Assembly (NCBI GenBank): GCA_022788065.1
Contig: JALEWG010000139.1
Span: forward strand, 145-64,144
Source: Lachnospiraceae bacterium
GTDB taxonomy: Bacteria > Bacillota > Clostridia > Lachnospirales > Lachnospiraceae
Length of the DNA: 64,000 bases
Direction: 5' to 3'
The notes under the pieces: generated by a model
Seen by the model: the letters and a program-made list of their open reading frames with translations, nothing else
What the model was told of the DNA's origin: nothing
Database searches by the model: none
Translations under genes and position numbers: made by a program
Part shown: positions 38,225-46,712 of the stretch, in pieces
Position numbering within the stretch: position 1 is the stretch's first letter
Layout: the number at the start of each line of letters is the position of its first letter

Positions 38225-40162
38225 TTACTGCTGCATATGCTCCTGTTCCGGAGTCGGACTCTGCTCCGGTACCTGCTCCTGCACCGGCGCCGCGCTCTGC
38301 TCCGGTGCCTGTTCCGGAATTCCTTTCACACGCCGGAAAATTTCCATAAATTCCTTTCCGGTGATGGTTTCTCTCTCGATCAGGAACTCCGCGATCTGGT
38401 CCATAGCCTCCCGGTTTTCGCTCAAAAGTCTCTTGGCCTCCGCGTACGCCGATTTTAACATCTTCATGACTTCCTCATCGATCTCGGAAGCAGTCGCCTC
38501 ACCGCAGTTTAACACGGTGCGGCCGGTCAGATACTGGTTCTCCTGTGTCGCAAGCCCCATCAGTCCGAATTTTTCAGACATGCCATACTGCGTCACCATG
38601 GCGCGGGCGATCCGTGTAGCCTGCTCAATATCGTTGGCTGCACCCGTCGTCACCGTATCAAATACAATCTCCTCCGCCGCGCGGCCGGCCAGAGATACCA
38701 CCAACATGGCCTCCAGCTCTTTTTTCGTATTTAAAAATTTCTCCTCCTCAGGCACCTGCATCACATAGCCGAGCGCTCCCATGGTGCGCGGTACGATCGT
38801 GATCTTCTGTACCGGCTCCGCATCCTTCTGGAGCGCGGTTAAGAGCGCGTGGCCCACCTCATGATAGGAAACAATCCGGCGTTCCTCCTGAGACAGGATC
38901 CGGTCTTTCTTCTCTTTACCCACCAGAACCAGTTCCACCGACTCGAACAGGTCCTTCTGTGACACCGCCTGGCGGCCGTGTTTTACAGCATTGATAGCTG
39001 CCTCGTTCATCATATTTGCCAGATCGGCGCCAACCGCGCCGGAAGTGGCCAGAGCGATCTCCTCAAAATCCACCGTCTCATCCAGGCGGACATCCTTGGA
39101 ATGTACCTTTAAAATGTTGATGCGGCCTTTCAGGTCCGGCTTATCCACGATCACGCGCCGGTCAAAACGGCCCGGACGGAGCAGTGCCGGATCCAGGATT
39201 TCAGGGCGGTTGGTAGCCGCCAGAACAAGAAGTCCTTTGGATGAATCAAAGCCGTCCATCTCGGAAAGCAGTTGGTTTAAAGTCTGCTCTCTCTCATCGT
39301 TGCCGCCCATTCTGGAGTCACGGCTCCGGCCGATGGCGTCGATCTCATCGATAAAAATAATACAGGGAGCCGACTGCTGCGCCTGCTTGAACAGATCGCG
39401 GACACGGGAGGCGCCCACGCCCACAAACATTTCCACGAAATCGGAACCGGACAGGGAGTAAAACGGCACATGCGCTTCGCCCGCCACTGCCTTTGCGAGC
39501 AGCGTCTTACCGGTACCCGGAGGGCCCACAAGCAGAGCGCCTTTCGGAAGCTTGGCGCCGATCTTGGTATACTTCTGAGGATTATGGAGAAAATCCACGA
39601 TCTCCACAAGAGATTCCTTTGCTTCGTCTTCACCGGCCACATCGGCAAACGTAACGCCCGTTTCCTTCTGCACATAGACCTTTGCATTGCTCTTCCCAAC
39701 GCCCATGATCCCGTTTCCGCCGCCCATGCGGTTAAACATCATATACAGAAGAAGGATCATTAACGCCGACGGAAGAACCCAGCCCACAATAAAGTTCAGG
39801 ATCACAGATCCCGTATTGGTATCCTCCCCGATAATATGCACATCCCCCTGTTCCAGGAGACGGTCTGTCACTTTGGAATCCTGCACACGGACCGTATAGT
39901 ACTGGATCAGACGGTTGTACTTCGTAGAAGAAGTCTTCGGCGTGATCAGGATCCTGTTTCCGGAAAAACGGACCTCCTCGATCTCTCCGTCCTTGATCAT
40001 CTGGACGAATTCCTCATAGCCCACCTGCTCAGTCTGCCTTTTCTTCAGTTCAGAGTTCATAAGGCTCACAACGACGACCGTAATCAGAAGGATCACGGTC
40101 AGGACTCCGATATTCTGTCCCGATGGCTTTTTCCCGTTGTTTCTGTTCTGGTTGTTATCCAT
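38225..40162 (-). CDS. ftsH: ATP-dependent zinc metalloprotease FtsH
   Basis: [13 protein letters not shown] Walker A, DEIDA Walker B, the second-region-of-homology motif and HEVGHAL zinc site. Confidence 0.95.
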   Translation of the reverse strand: MDNNQNRNNGKKPSGQNIGVLTVILLITVVVVSLMNSELKKRQTEQVGYEEFVQMIKDGEIEEVRFSGNRILITPKTSSTKYNRLIQYYTVRVQDSKVTDRLLEQGDVHIIGEDTNTGSVILNFIVGWVLPSALMILLLYMMFNRMGGGNGIMGVGKSNAKVYVQKETGVTFADVAGEDEAKESLVEIVDFLHNPQKYTKIGAKLPKGALLVGPPGTGKTLLAKAVAGEAHVPFYSLSGSDFVEMFVGVGASRVRDLFKQAQQSAPCIIFIDEIDAIGRSRDSRMGGNDEREQTLNQLLSEMDGFDSSKGLLVLAATNRPEILDPALLRPGRFDRRVIVDKPDLKGRINILKVHSKDVRLDETVDFEEIALATSGAVGADLANMMNEAAINAVKHGRQAVSQKDLFESVELVLVGKEKKDRILSQEERRIVSYHEVGHALLTALQKDAEPVQKITIVPRTMGALGYVMQVPEEEKFLNTKKELEAMLVVSLAGRAAEEIVFDTVTTGAANDIEQATRIARAMVTQYGMSEKFGLMGLATQENQYLTGRTVLNCGEATASEIDEEVMKMLKSAYAEAKRLLSENREAMDQIAEFLIERETITGKEFMEIFRRVKGIPEQAPEQSAAPVQEQVPEQSPTPEQEHMQQ

Positions 40163-40236
40163 ACATTATTTTCTCCACTTTCTTACACTATATCGAAAAA
40201 AGGTTTTAATACCCGCAATTTTAACGATACCACATC

Positions 40237-40265
40237 ATTATAGTTTGAGTTTCCCCATATGGCAA
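40237..40265 (-). promoter_or_regulatory. Promoter TTGCCA-17-TATAAT for ftsH
   Basis: -35 at 40265-60, -10 at 40242-37 on the minus strand. Confidence 0.55.
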
Positions 40266-40293
40266 TAAAAAAAATATTAATTTTAGCTTTTCT

Positions 40294-40322
40294 TTGACAA
40301 ATTAAATTTTTTCTGCGATACT
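40294..40322 (+). promoter_or_regulatory. Promoter TTGACA-17-GATACT for the small ORF / radical SAM pair
   Basis: -35 at 40294-99, -10 at 40317-22. Confidence 0.5.
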
Positions 40323-40389
40323 CTACTTGCAGTTCTTTCCCTGTATGATTTCCCTGTACCTGCAGATACTTGTTATCGGGGTGATTTTT

Positions 40390-40593
40390 ATGGAACCGAT
40401 TTCAGAAGCGGGAAAAGAGATCAGAAAGGACTGCGGCTATCACATCGATGACCTGGATATCCAGTCCTGCTCGGCCATGGACTGCACCGGGCTCATACCG
40501 TCTCTGCCGGTTTCGGATGCCGAGATCGAGCACTATAACCAGCTGTACCGGTTCATTCCGGATCAGATCACAGGCCCGGAAACCCGGGACTGA
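40390..40593 (+). CDS. Small acidic Cys-containing hypothetical protein (67 aa)
   Basis: ATG at 40390 follows GGGGTGA. Third-position G+C resembles neighbouring genes. Translation MEPISEAGKEIRKDCGYHIDDLDIQSCSAMDCTGLIPSLPVSDAEIEHYNQLYRFIPDQITGPETRD. No family recognised. Confidence 0.5.
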   Translation: MEPISEAGKEIRKDCGYHIDDLDIQSCSAMDCTGLIPSLPVSDAEIEHYNQLYRFIPDQITGPETRD

Positions 40594-40637
40594 ATGCCGC
40601 GGGCCGCTTAGGCGGCCTGCTTTTCGGAGGTTTCACC

Positions 40638-41540
40638 TTGAATTATACATATGACTGCTGTACCTTATGTCCGAGAATGTGCGGCGCGGACCGTCACAGA
40701 TCCTCCGGTTTCTGCGGCGCCGGCGACAAAATAAAAGTTGCCCGCGCGGCTCTTCACCACTGGGAGGAACCGTGTATCAGCGGTACCCGCGGCAGCGGAA
40801 CCGTCTTTTTTTCCGGCTGCACCTTGAAATGTGTTTTCTGTCAGAACCATACGCTGAGCCATGATAACTTCGGGAAGGAGATCTCTGTAAAACGTCTGTC
40901 AGAAATCTTTCTGGAGCTTCAGGCGCAGGGTGCACACAATATTAATCTGGTCACGGCCACCCATTATCTTCCTTCTGTGCGGGAAGCTCTGAACCTTGCG
41001 GGGCCGGCCTTAAAAATCCCCGTCGTCCTGAACTGCGGGGGCTACGAGCGTGTCGAAACACTTAAAGAGTATTCCGACTGCATCGACATCTATCTGCCTG
41101 ATCTGAAATATTATGACGGCAGTCTGTCCCGGAAATATTCCGCGGCAGAAAATTACTTTTCCGTCGCCTCAGCCGCAATTCAGGAAATGATCCGGCTCAC
41201 CGGCGGCCTCACGTGGGATCCCGAAAATCCTTCTCTCTTAAAAAAGGGCGTGATCATCCGCCATATGGTTCTTCCGGGCGCAAAAGCGGACTCCATCCGG
41301 CTTTTACACTGGATGCGGGACACGCTCCCGCAGGGAAGCTATCTCCTGAGCCTGATGAGTCAGTATACGCCTTTTTACAAGAGCTATATCTATCCGGAGA
41401 TCAGCCGCAGGATCACGACCTACGAATATGAAAAGGTTCTGGATGAAGCGATCCGCCTGGGGCTCATAAACGGTTATATGCAGGAAAAAAGCAGTGCGAA
41501 AGAAGAATACACTCCGCCCTTTGATCTGAGCGGTGTTTAG
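40638..41540 (+). CDS. Radical SAM protein, PflX-like (COG1313-type), TTG start
   Basis: GCTLKCVFCQN (CxxxCxxC) plus N-terminal Cys cluster CCTLCPRMC. About 300 aa, no SPASM-like C-terminal Cys cluster. GGAGG lies 8 nt upstream of the TTG. Confidence 0.8.
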   Translation: MNYTYDCCTLCPRMCGADRHRSSGFCGAGDKIKVARAALHHWEEPCISGTRGSGTVFFSGCTLKCVFCQNHTLSHDNFGKEISVKRLSEIFLELQAQGAHNINLVTATHYLPSVREALNLAGPALKIPVVLNCGGYERVETLKEYSDCIDIYLPDLKYYDGSLSRKYSAAENYFSVASAAIQEMIRLTGGLTWDPENPSLLKKGVIIRHMVLPGAKADSIRLLHWMRDTLPQGSYLLSLMSQYTPFYKSYIYPEISRRITTYEYEKVLDEAIRLGLINGYMQEKSSAKEEYTPPFDLSGV

Positions 41541-41582
41541 ATCCGGACATGGCCGGTGAAGACGGGATTCAGACAAAATTAT

Positions 41583-41624
41583 AGTGGGTATCGAAAATAT
41601 CTTTTTATTTTTCCGATACCCACT
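41583..41624. terminator. Perfect 11-bp hairpin AGTGGGTATCG...CGATACCCACT; possible terminator for the radical SAM gene (+) and for the island transcript (-)
   Basis: Arms at 41583-93 and 41614-24. With a one-nt bulge the stem extends by AAAA/TTTT. T-rich sequence lies 3' on the plus strand. Confidence 0.55.
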
Positions 41625-41986
41625 TTACATTTCGATGTCCAATGGATTTACCTCTCTTTATTTAGTTTTTAATCTATATGTAATTTTCTGTCTCACTCGA
41701 CCGGTTTTCCTGAATTTTATTTTTTCTTTTCTTTTTCATATCGATTATTGTATTTTCTTATCTATACTTTCTCGTCATATCTATAAGGAATATCAGATAA
41801 TCTTTTTATTCTTTATTATTCCGGTGTCTGTGTTTTTCCTTTGTTTAGACTTTTAATTCTTTATTTTTAAAAGCTAAACGAAACTTACGTGTTCGGTGGT
41901 TTGTACCTCCTTTACTTAGATTTTTTTGTTTTTCGTCATTCTCATTTGACTTTTCCTTTTTTTCTCTCTTTGTTTTTGTTGTCTTT

Positions 41987-42015
41987 ATTATATTCGAATA
42001 CTTCCGTTTTGTCAA
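41987..42015 (-). promoter_or_regulatory. Perfect consensus promoter TTGACA-17-TATAAT firing into an ORF-less AT-rich island
   Basis: Minus strand: -35 at 42015-42010, -10 at 41992-41987, spacer exactly 17 nt. Confidence 0.6.
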
Positions 42016-42092
42016 TACCTTTTTTGCATAAATTTTAATTTTATTTTTTATTATCTATAAATTTTCAAATTGTATGTAATTATTCAAACTTT

Positions 42093-42752
42093 TTATTCGT
42101 TTTCTCTTTTCCGGATCAGGAGGAACAGCAGGACAGCCGTTCCGACCGCCATGAGAAACAGGTCGGAATAGATGCCGCAGACCTTCTCCACCTTCTCCCA
42201 GGAATCGCCTGCAGCCCGACCGAGGAGCACCAGAACCGTATTCCAGATCAGACTTCCCGAAACTGTGAGGAGCAGAAATGGTCCCATCGACATCCCGGCC
42301 ATACCTGCCGGTATGGAGATCAGGCTGCGCACAATAGGAACCAGCCTGCATAAGAACACAGCCACCCGACCTTTTTTCGCAAACCAGCCGGATGCGGTAC
42401 GGATATCCTCCGGATCAAACCGGAGCACTCTTCCAAGCGGACCGGAAACAAGCCGCTCCAGCTTCTCAGCAGACAGAAGACAGCCCGCCAGATATAAAAT
42501 TACCGCGCCCAGAACGGATCCGGCAGTGGCCGCTGCCACGACTCCGCAAACCGTAAGGCCCGTGGCAGCCGTCATGGCGCCTCCCACAGTCAGGATCACC
42601 TCCGACGGGACAGGCGGAAACAGATTTTCAATCAAAATAAGGAGGAATACAGCGATATTCCCGTATTCCTCCAGAAATAGAAGGATCGCATCCCGCATAC
42701 GGCACTCCGTTTCGTTTTCTGGATACCATTCTATGCGGCGATCTCTCCCCAT
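42093..42752 (-). CDS. DedA family membrane protein (start 42752 or 42698)
   Basis: IENLFPPVPSEVIL motif typical of DedA/SNARE-associated proteins. Confidence 0.85.
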   Translation of the reverse strand: MGRDRRIEWYPENETECRMRDAILLFLEEYGNIAVFLLILIENLFPPVPSEVILTVGGAMTAATGLTVCGVVAAATAGSVLGAVILYLAGCLLSAEKLERLVSGPLGRVLRFDPEDIRTASGWFAKKGRVAVFLCRLVPIVRSLISIPAGMAGMSMGPFLLLTVSGSLIWNTVLVLLGRAAGDSWEKVEKVCGIYSDLFLMAVGTAVLLFLLIRKRENE

Positions 42753-42757
42753 ATTCT

Positions 42758-43927
42758 TTATCTTCCGCCGATCAGCCGGACTTTGTACATTCCCCCGATC
42801 GATTCCAGACGTTTTACGGCCTCCGCATCCAGACTTCCCTCCATGTCCAGAAGTGTGTACGCGTACGCGCCGCGGCTCTTGTTCATCATATTCGCGATAT
42901 TCACATTATCTGCCGCCAATACCGCCGTGATCTGGCCGATCATATTCGGAATATTGGCATGGAGAAGCGCCACGCGCTCCGCCGCTGAGCAGACGCCCAT
43001 ATCGCAGGCCGGATAATTGACGGAATTCCTGATGTTTCCGTTCTCCAGATAATCCCTAAGCTCATCGACTGCCATAACCGCGCAGTTGTCCTCCGATTCC
43101 TCCGTGGATGCGCCCAGATGGGGGATCGCAATCACGCCCTCCATGCCGGCCGTCTTCGCGTTGGGGAAATCGGTCACATATGTACGGACTTTTCCGGACT
43201 TTAATGCGGCTTCCATATCTTCATCGTTCACAAGAAGGTCTCTCGCAAAGTTCAGGATCACGACACCGGCCTTCATTTTGTCAAACGCGTCTTTCCCGAT
43301 CATGTGCTTTGTGGAATCCATGAGCGGCACATGCACCGTAATGTAATCACACTCCCTGAAGATCGTGTCCATGTCCATGATGTGACGGACAGACCGGGAC
43401 AGCAGCCACGCGGCATTGACAGAGATAAACGGATCATATCCGTACACTTCCATGCCGAGTCCGCATGCGGCGTTGGCCACTTCGCAGCCGATGGCGCCCA
43501 GCCCGATGACACCTAACTTCTTTCCCATGATCTCACGGCCCGCAAAGGCTTTCTTCCCTTTTTCCACCTTTTTCGCGATATCCGGGTCCCCCGCCTGGCT
43601 TTTGCACCATGCAATGCCGCCCGCAATATCTCTGGACGCCAGAAGAAGGCCGGCGAGCACCAGCTCTTTCACGCCGTTTTTATTGGCGCCCGGTGTATTG
43701 AAGACAACGATGCCCTTTTCGGCACAGGCGTCGCAGGGAATGTTATTGACTCCCGCACCTGCCCTTGCAACAGCCATCAGGCTGTCCGGAAGCTCCATTT
43801 CATGCATGGAGGCGCTGCGGACGAGGATCCCTTCCGCCTCATCCGGCTGGTCGGTCAGCACATACTCCTCCGTCAGGCGCTCCAGACCACAGCCGGATAT
43901 GGGATTCAGACAGCAGATCTTTCTCAT
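42758..43927 (-). CDS. serA: D-3-phosphoglycerate dehydrogenase with C-terminal ACT domain
   Basis: 2-hydroxyacid dehydrogenase NAD fold (GVIGLGAIGCEVA), catalytic-region motifs, and an ACT-like tail. 4-nt overlap with serC. Confidence 0.9.
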   Translation of the reverse strand: MRKICCLNPISGCGLERLTEEYVLTDQPDEAEGILVRSASMHEMELPDSLMAVARAGAGVNNIPCDACAEKGIVVFNTPGANKNGVKELVLAGLLLASRDIAGGIAWCKSQAGDPDIAKKVEKGKKAFAGREIMGKKLGVIGLGAIGCEVANAACGLGMEVYGYDPFISVNAAWLLSRSVRHIMDMDTIFRECDYITVHVPLMDSTKHMIGKDAFDKMKAGVVILNFARDLLVNDEDMEAALKSGKVRTYVTDFPNAKTAGMEGVIAIPHLGASTEESEDNCAVMAVDELRDYLENGNIRNSVNYPACDMGVCSAAERVALLHANIPNMIGQITAVLAADNVNIANMMNKSRGAYAYTLLDMEGSLDAEAVKRLESIGGMYKVRLIGGR

Positions 43928-45021
43928 GCCTGCACCTCCTGACTTCCATGTTTTTCTTCGAACTGTTTCATAAATTCCACCAGCTTCGCAACACCTTCCT
44001 CCGGCATTGCGTTGTAAATGCTGGCTCTCATGCCGCCCACGGTGCGGTGGCCTTTCAGGTTCACAAAACCGGCTGCCTCCGCCTCCTTTACAAACAGCGC
44101 ATCCAACTCTTTTGAGCCTGTGACAAAGGGAACATTCATAATGGAGCGGTCTTTTTTGTCGACCGTGCCATGGAACAGGCGGCTCTCATCGAGATAGTCA
44201 TAGAGGAGCTTCGCCTTGCGTTCATTCCGCTCTTTCATGGCTTCCAGGCCTCCCTGTTTCTTTAACCATTTGAACACCTTGCCGCAGATGTAAATACTGT
44301 AGCACGGCGGTGTATTGTAAAGGGAACCGGCATCCGCCTGAACTTTGTACTGCATGATAGTCGGAGTCTCCGGAAGCACATCCTCCCGAATCAGATCCTC
44401 CCGGATAATGACGATCACCACGCCGGCCGGTCCGATATTTTTCTGAACACCGCCGTAGATCAGGCCATATTTTGTCACATCCACCGGCTCGGAGAGAAAG
44501 CAGGAGGAAACATCGGAGACAAGCGTCTTCCCCTTGGTATCGGGAAGTGTGTGAAATTTCGTACCGTAGATCGTATTGTTCTCGCATATGTATACATAGT
44601 CCGCATCCGGATCCACCGGAAGATCGGAGCAGTCCGGAATATAGCAGAACATTCTGTCCTCACTGGAGGCAATGGCGTTGGCTTTCCCGTATTTCGCCGC
44701 CTCCTTCCAGGCCTTCTTTGCCCACTGTCCCGTAATAATGTAATCGCCGACGCGGTTTTTCATCAGATTCATAGGCACAGCCGCAAACTGCTGGTGGGCG
44801 CCGCCCTGCAAAAACAGGACTTTGTAATTGTCCGGAATCTTCATCAGATCCCGCAGATCCTGTTCGGCTGTCTCAATGATCTCCTCAAACGCCTTCGAAC
44901 GATGGCTCATCTCCATCACGGACATGCCGGTCCCGTTGTAATCCAGCATTTCTGCAGCTGCTTCTCTTAACACTTCTTCCGGAAGCACCGCCGGACCGGC
45001 TGAAAAATTGTAAACTCTCAT
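43924..45021 (-). CDS. serC: 3-phosphoserine aminotransferase
   Basis: MRVYNFSAGPAVLPEEVL...MEMSHRSK signature. Confidence 0.95.
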   Translation of the reverse strand: MRVYNFSAGPAVLPEEVLREAAAEMLDYNGTGMSVMEMSHRSKAFEEIIETAEQDLRDLMKIPDNYKVLFLQGGAHQQFAAVPMNLMKNRVGDYIITGQWAKKAWKEAAKYGKANAIASSEDRMFCYIPDCSDLPVDPDADYVYICENNTIYGTKFHTLPDTKGKTLVSDVSSCFLSEPVDVTKYGLIYGGVQKNIGPAGVVIVIIREDLIREDVLPETPTIMQYKVQADAGSLYNTPPCYSIYICGKVFKWLKKQGGLEAMKERNERKAKLLYDYLDESRLFHGTVDKKDRSIMNVPFVTGSKELDALFVKEAEAAGFVNLKGHRTVGGMRASIYNAMPEEGVAKLVEFMKQFEEKHGSQEVQA

Positions 45022-45086
45022 ACTCGTTTACCTCCCGTTGAGATATAATTTCGTCTATCCTATCACAGATATTACAGTCTTTCAAG

Positions 45087-45119
45087 AAAAAAAATGCGGA
45101 AATCTCGCATGATTTCCAC
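45087..45119 (-). terminator. Intrinsic terminator of leuB
   Basis: Minus strand GTGGAAATC-ATGCGA-GATTTCCGC followed by U8 (plus-strand A8 at 45087-94). Confidence 0.8.
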
Positions 45120-45141
45120 ATTTTCAGCAGTAATTCTTCCA

Positions 45142-46224
45142 TCAGATCCTCTCGCAGATCAGATTTCCCATCTCGGCAGTCCCGACTTTTGTCATACCTT
45201 CCGCCATAATATCCACTGTGCGGTAACCGTCCGCAAGGACTTTGCGCACCGCATTTTCGATGGCGTCTGCCTCTTTGTCCAGATCGAAGGAGAACCGGAG
45301 CATCATAGCTGCGGACAGGATGGTCGCAATGGGGTTTGCAATTCCTTTTCCCGCAATGTCCGGAGCGGAGCCGTGGCTCGGTTCATAGAGACCGAATTTC
45401 CCTTCATTGAGGCTGGCAGAGGAAAGCATTCCGATAGAGCCTGTGATCATGCTGGCCTCATCGGACAGGATGTCGCCGAACATATTCTCTGTCAGGATCA
45501 CATCAAACTGTCCCGGGTTCATAACCAGCTGCATAGCACAGTTGTCAACCAGCATGTTTTCAACAGTCACCTCAGGATAGTCCTTTGCCACCTCTGCAAC
45601 GACTTTTCTCCAGAGTCTGGAGGAATCCAGAACATTGGCCTTATCGACGCTTGTGACTTTTTTCTTTCTCTTCATTGCGATATCGAACGCCTTGACCGCA
45701 ACACGGCGGATCTCATTCTCACTGTAAACAAGCGTATCGGTCGCCTGCATCACGCCGTTTACTTCCTCGGTACGGCGTTCACCGAAATAAAGGCCGCCGG
45801 TCAGCTCCCGTACGATCACCATGTCAAAGCCGTCGCCGATGATCTCCTTCTTTAAGGGGCAGGCATCAGCCAGACCGTCATAAAGATAAGCCGGACGGAT
45901 ATTGGCAAACAGGTTCAGGCCTTTTCTGATGGCTAAAAGTCCCGCCTCCGGTCTCAGGTTGGGAGCCACATCATACCAGCGGGAATTTCCGACATTTCCG
46001 CCGACCGCTCCTAGAAGAACGGAATCGCTGTTTCTGGCAGTCTCCAGCGCTTCTTCCGTTAACGGTACTCCGTAGGTATCAATGGAGATTCCTCCCATGA
46101 GAACCTCTTCATAGTGAAAAGTGTGGCCGTAAACCGTTCCCACTCGGTCCAGCACTTTTTTTGCTTCTGTCACGATTTCCGGTCCGATTCCGTCGCCTGA
46201 GATCGTCGCGATTCTATATTCCAT
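45142..46224 (-). CDS. leuB: 3-isopropylmalate dehydrogenase family enzyme
   Basis: [25 protein letters not shown] and MLSSASL motifs. ATG at 46224 follows GGAGGA. Confidence 0.9.
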   Translation of the reverse strand: MEYRIATISGDGIGPEIVTEAKKVLDRVGTVYGHTFHYEEVLMGGISIDTYGVPLTEEALETARNSDSVLLGAVGGNVGNSRWYDVAPNLRPEAGLLAIRKGLNLFANIRPAYLYDGLADACPLKKEIIGDGFDMVIVRELTGGLYFGERRTEEVNGVMQATDTLVYSENEIRRVAVKAFDIAMKRKKKVTSVDKANVLDSSRLWRKVVAEVAKDYPEVTVENMLVDNCAMQLVMNPGQFDVILTENMFGDILSDEASMITGSIGMLSSASLNEGKFGLYEPSHGSAPDIAGKGIANPIATILSAAMMLRFSFDLDKEADAIENAVRKVLADGYRTVDIMAEGMTKVGTAEMGNLICERI

Positions 46225-46396
46225 TTTCGATTCCTCCAATCCGTAGGTTCTGATCTGTAGTCTGTCTATAATCTTACCCTATCCCCGCATCATTTTCAAT
46301 CATAACCTGTTCCATATGCCATACATGTTTTCTATTTTATTCATAACCCGATGTTATAGGAACAAAGCGGACAAGTCCGTTTCGAACTTCCTGAAT

Positions 46397-46413
46397 CCCT
46401 CAAGCCTTGAGGG
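46397..46413. repeat. Perfect palindrome CCCTCAAG-C-CTTGAGGG
   Basis: Read directly. 8-bp arms. Confidence 0.9.
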
Positions 46414-46428
46414 ACTTGCTTCGCTTTG

Positions 46429-46483
46429 CGCGCCAGATGCAGACTGCCGTAGGCAGTCAAACTTCATATTGCATCTGTGCGCA
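46429..46483. repeat. Nested inverted repeats: CAGATGCA/TGCATCTG enclosing GACTGCC-GTA-GGCAGTC, with GCGC extension
   Basis: Outer arms at 46434-41 and 46470-77. Inner hairpin at 46442-58. A further 4 bp pair with a one-nt bulge. Confidence 0.85.
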
Positions 46484-46497
46484 TCCGATGCGGAGCA

Positions 46498-46537
46498 TTT
46501 TTATGCAATAGGAAAGCACTTTCCTATTGCATAAAAA
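46498..46537. repeat. 40-nt perfect palindrome TTTTTATGCAATAGGAAAG-CA-CTTTCCTATTGCATAAAAA
   Basis: 19-bp arms, 2-nt centre, read directly. An imperfect outer helix (46487-95 with 46550-59) encloses it. Confidence 0.9.
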
Positions 46538-46585
46538 CGCCCCATAGCACTTCCGAATCTGCAGCGCCGGGACGTTTCAAAAGGT

Positions 46586-46655
46586 GTAACAGGGGAACGC
46601 TCTTCTGTAAGGATTTTCGGAGGTATCCTGTAAGCCAAAAGAGCATTCCTGTTAC
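46586..46655. repeat. 70-nt imperfect inverted repeat GTAACAGGGGAACGCTCTT...AAGAGCATTCCTGTTAC with inner AGGAT/ATCCT helix
   Basis: Arms at 46586-604 and 46639-55, with one bulged G and one C/A mismatch. Confidence 0.85.
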
Positions 46656-46688
46656 GCAACGATAATAACACAAACGCTCTTTTTTTGC

Positions 46689-46712
46689 CCCACCTTTTCG
46701 GGTGGGTTTTAA
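46689..46712 (+). terminator. CCCACC-TTTTCG-GGTGGG hairpin followed by T-rich tract on the PLUS strand (abuts the luxR-type stop codon)
   Basis: Stem at 46689-94 and 46701-06, then TTTTAATATTTTT. On the minus strand the hairpin is followed by GCAAAAAAA, so the orientation favours a plus-strand transcript. Confidence 0.45.

Noticed and set aside
41584-41856. 90-aa very hydrophobic plus-strand ORF inside the AT-rich island; could be mistaken for a small membrane protein or type I toxin
   Set aside because: Its Phe/Leu/Ile richness follows directly from the T-rich strand. It starts with GTG inside the terminator hairpin and has no SD. Its codon composition is unlike the neighbouring genes.
41905-41945. 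9-codon ORF MRMTKNKKI followed by a strong SD-like AAAGGAGGT; resembles an erm/cat-type leader-peptide attenuator
   Set aside because: No start codon and no ORF follow the SD-like sequence, and no downstream gene lies on that strand. The attenuator reading therefore has nothing to regulate. It is kept only as a detail of the island finding.
46225-46320. T-box or other amino-acid-sensing leaders upstream of leuB; also checked upstream of ilvE (34094-34258) and serC (45022-45086)
   Set aside because: No GGTGGTA-type T-box core and no specifier-stem features are present. The leaders implied by the promoters are only about 50-70 nt.
46586-46655. Imperfect 70-nt hairpin with GTAAC/GTTAC ends and a bulged base, superficially like an integron attC site
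   Set aside because: The ends (GGTGTAAC / GTTACGC) do not fit RYYYAAC / GTTRRRY well. The window has no integrase and no cassette array. Integrons are essentially unknown in this type of Firmicute.
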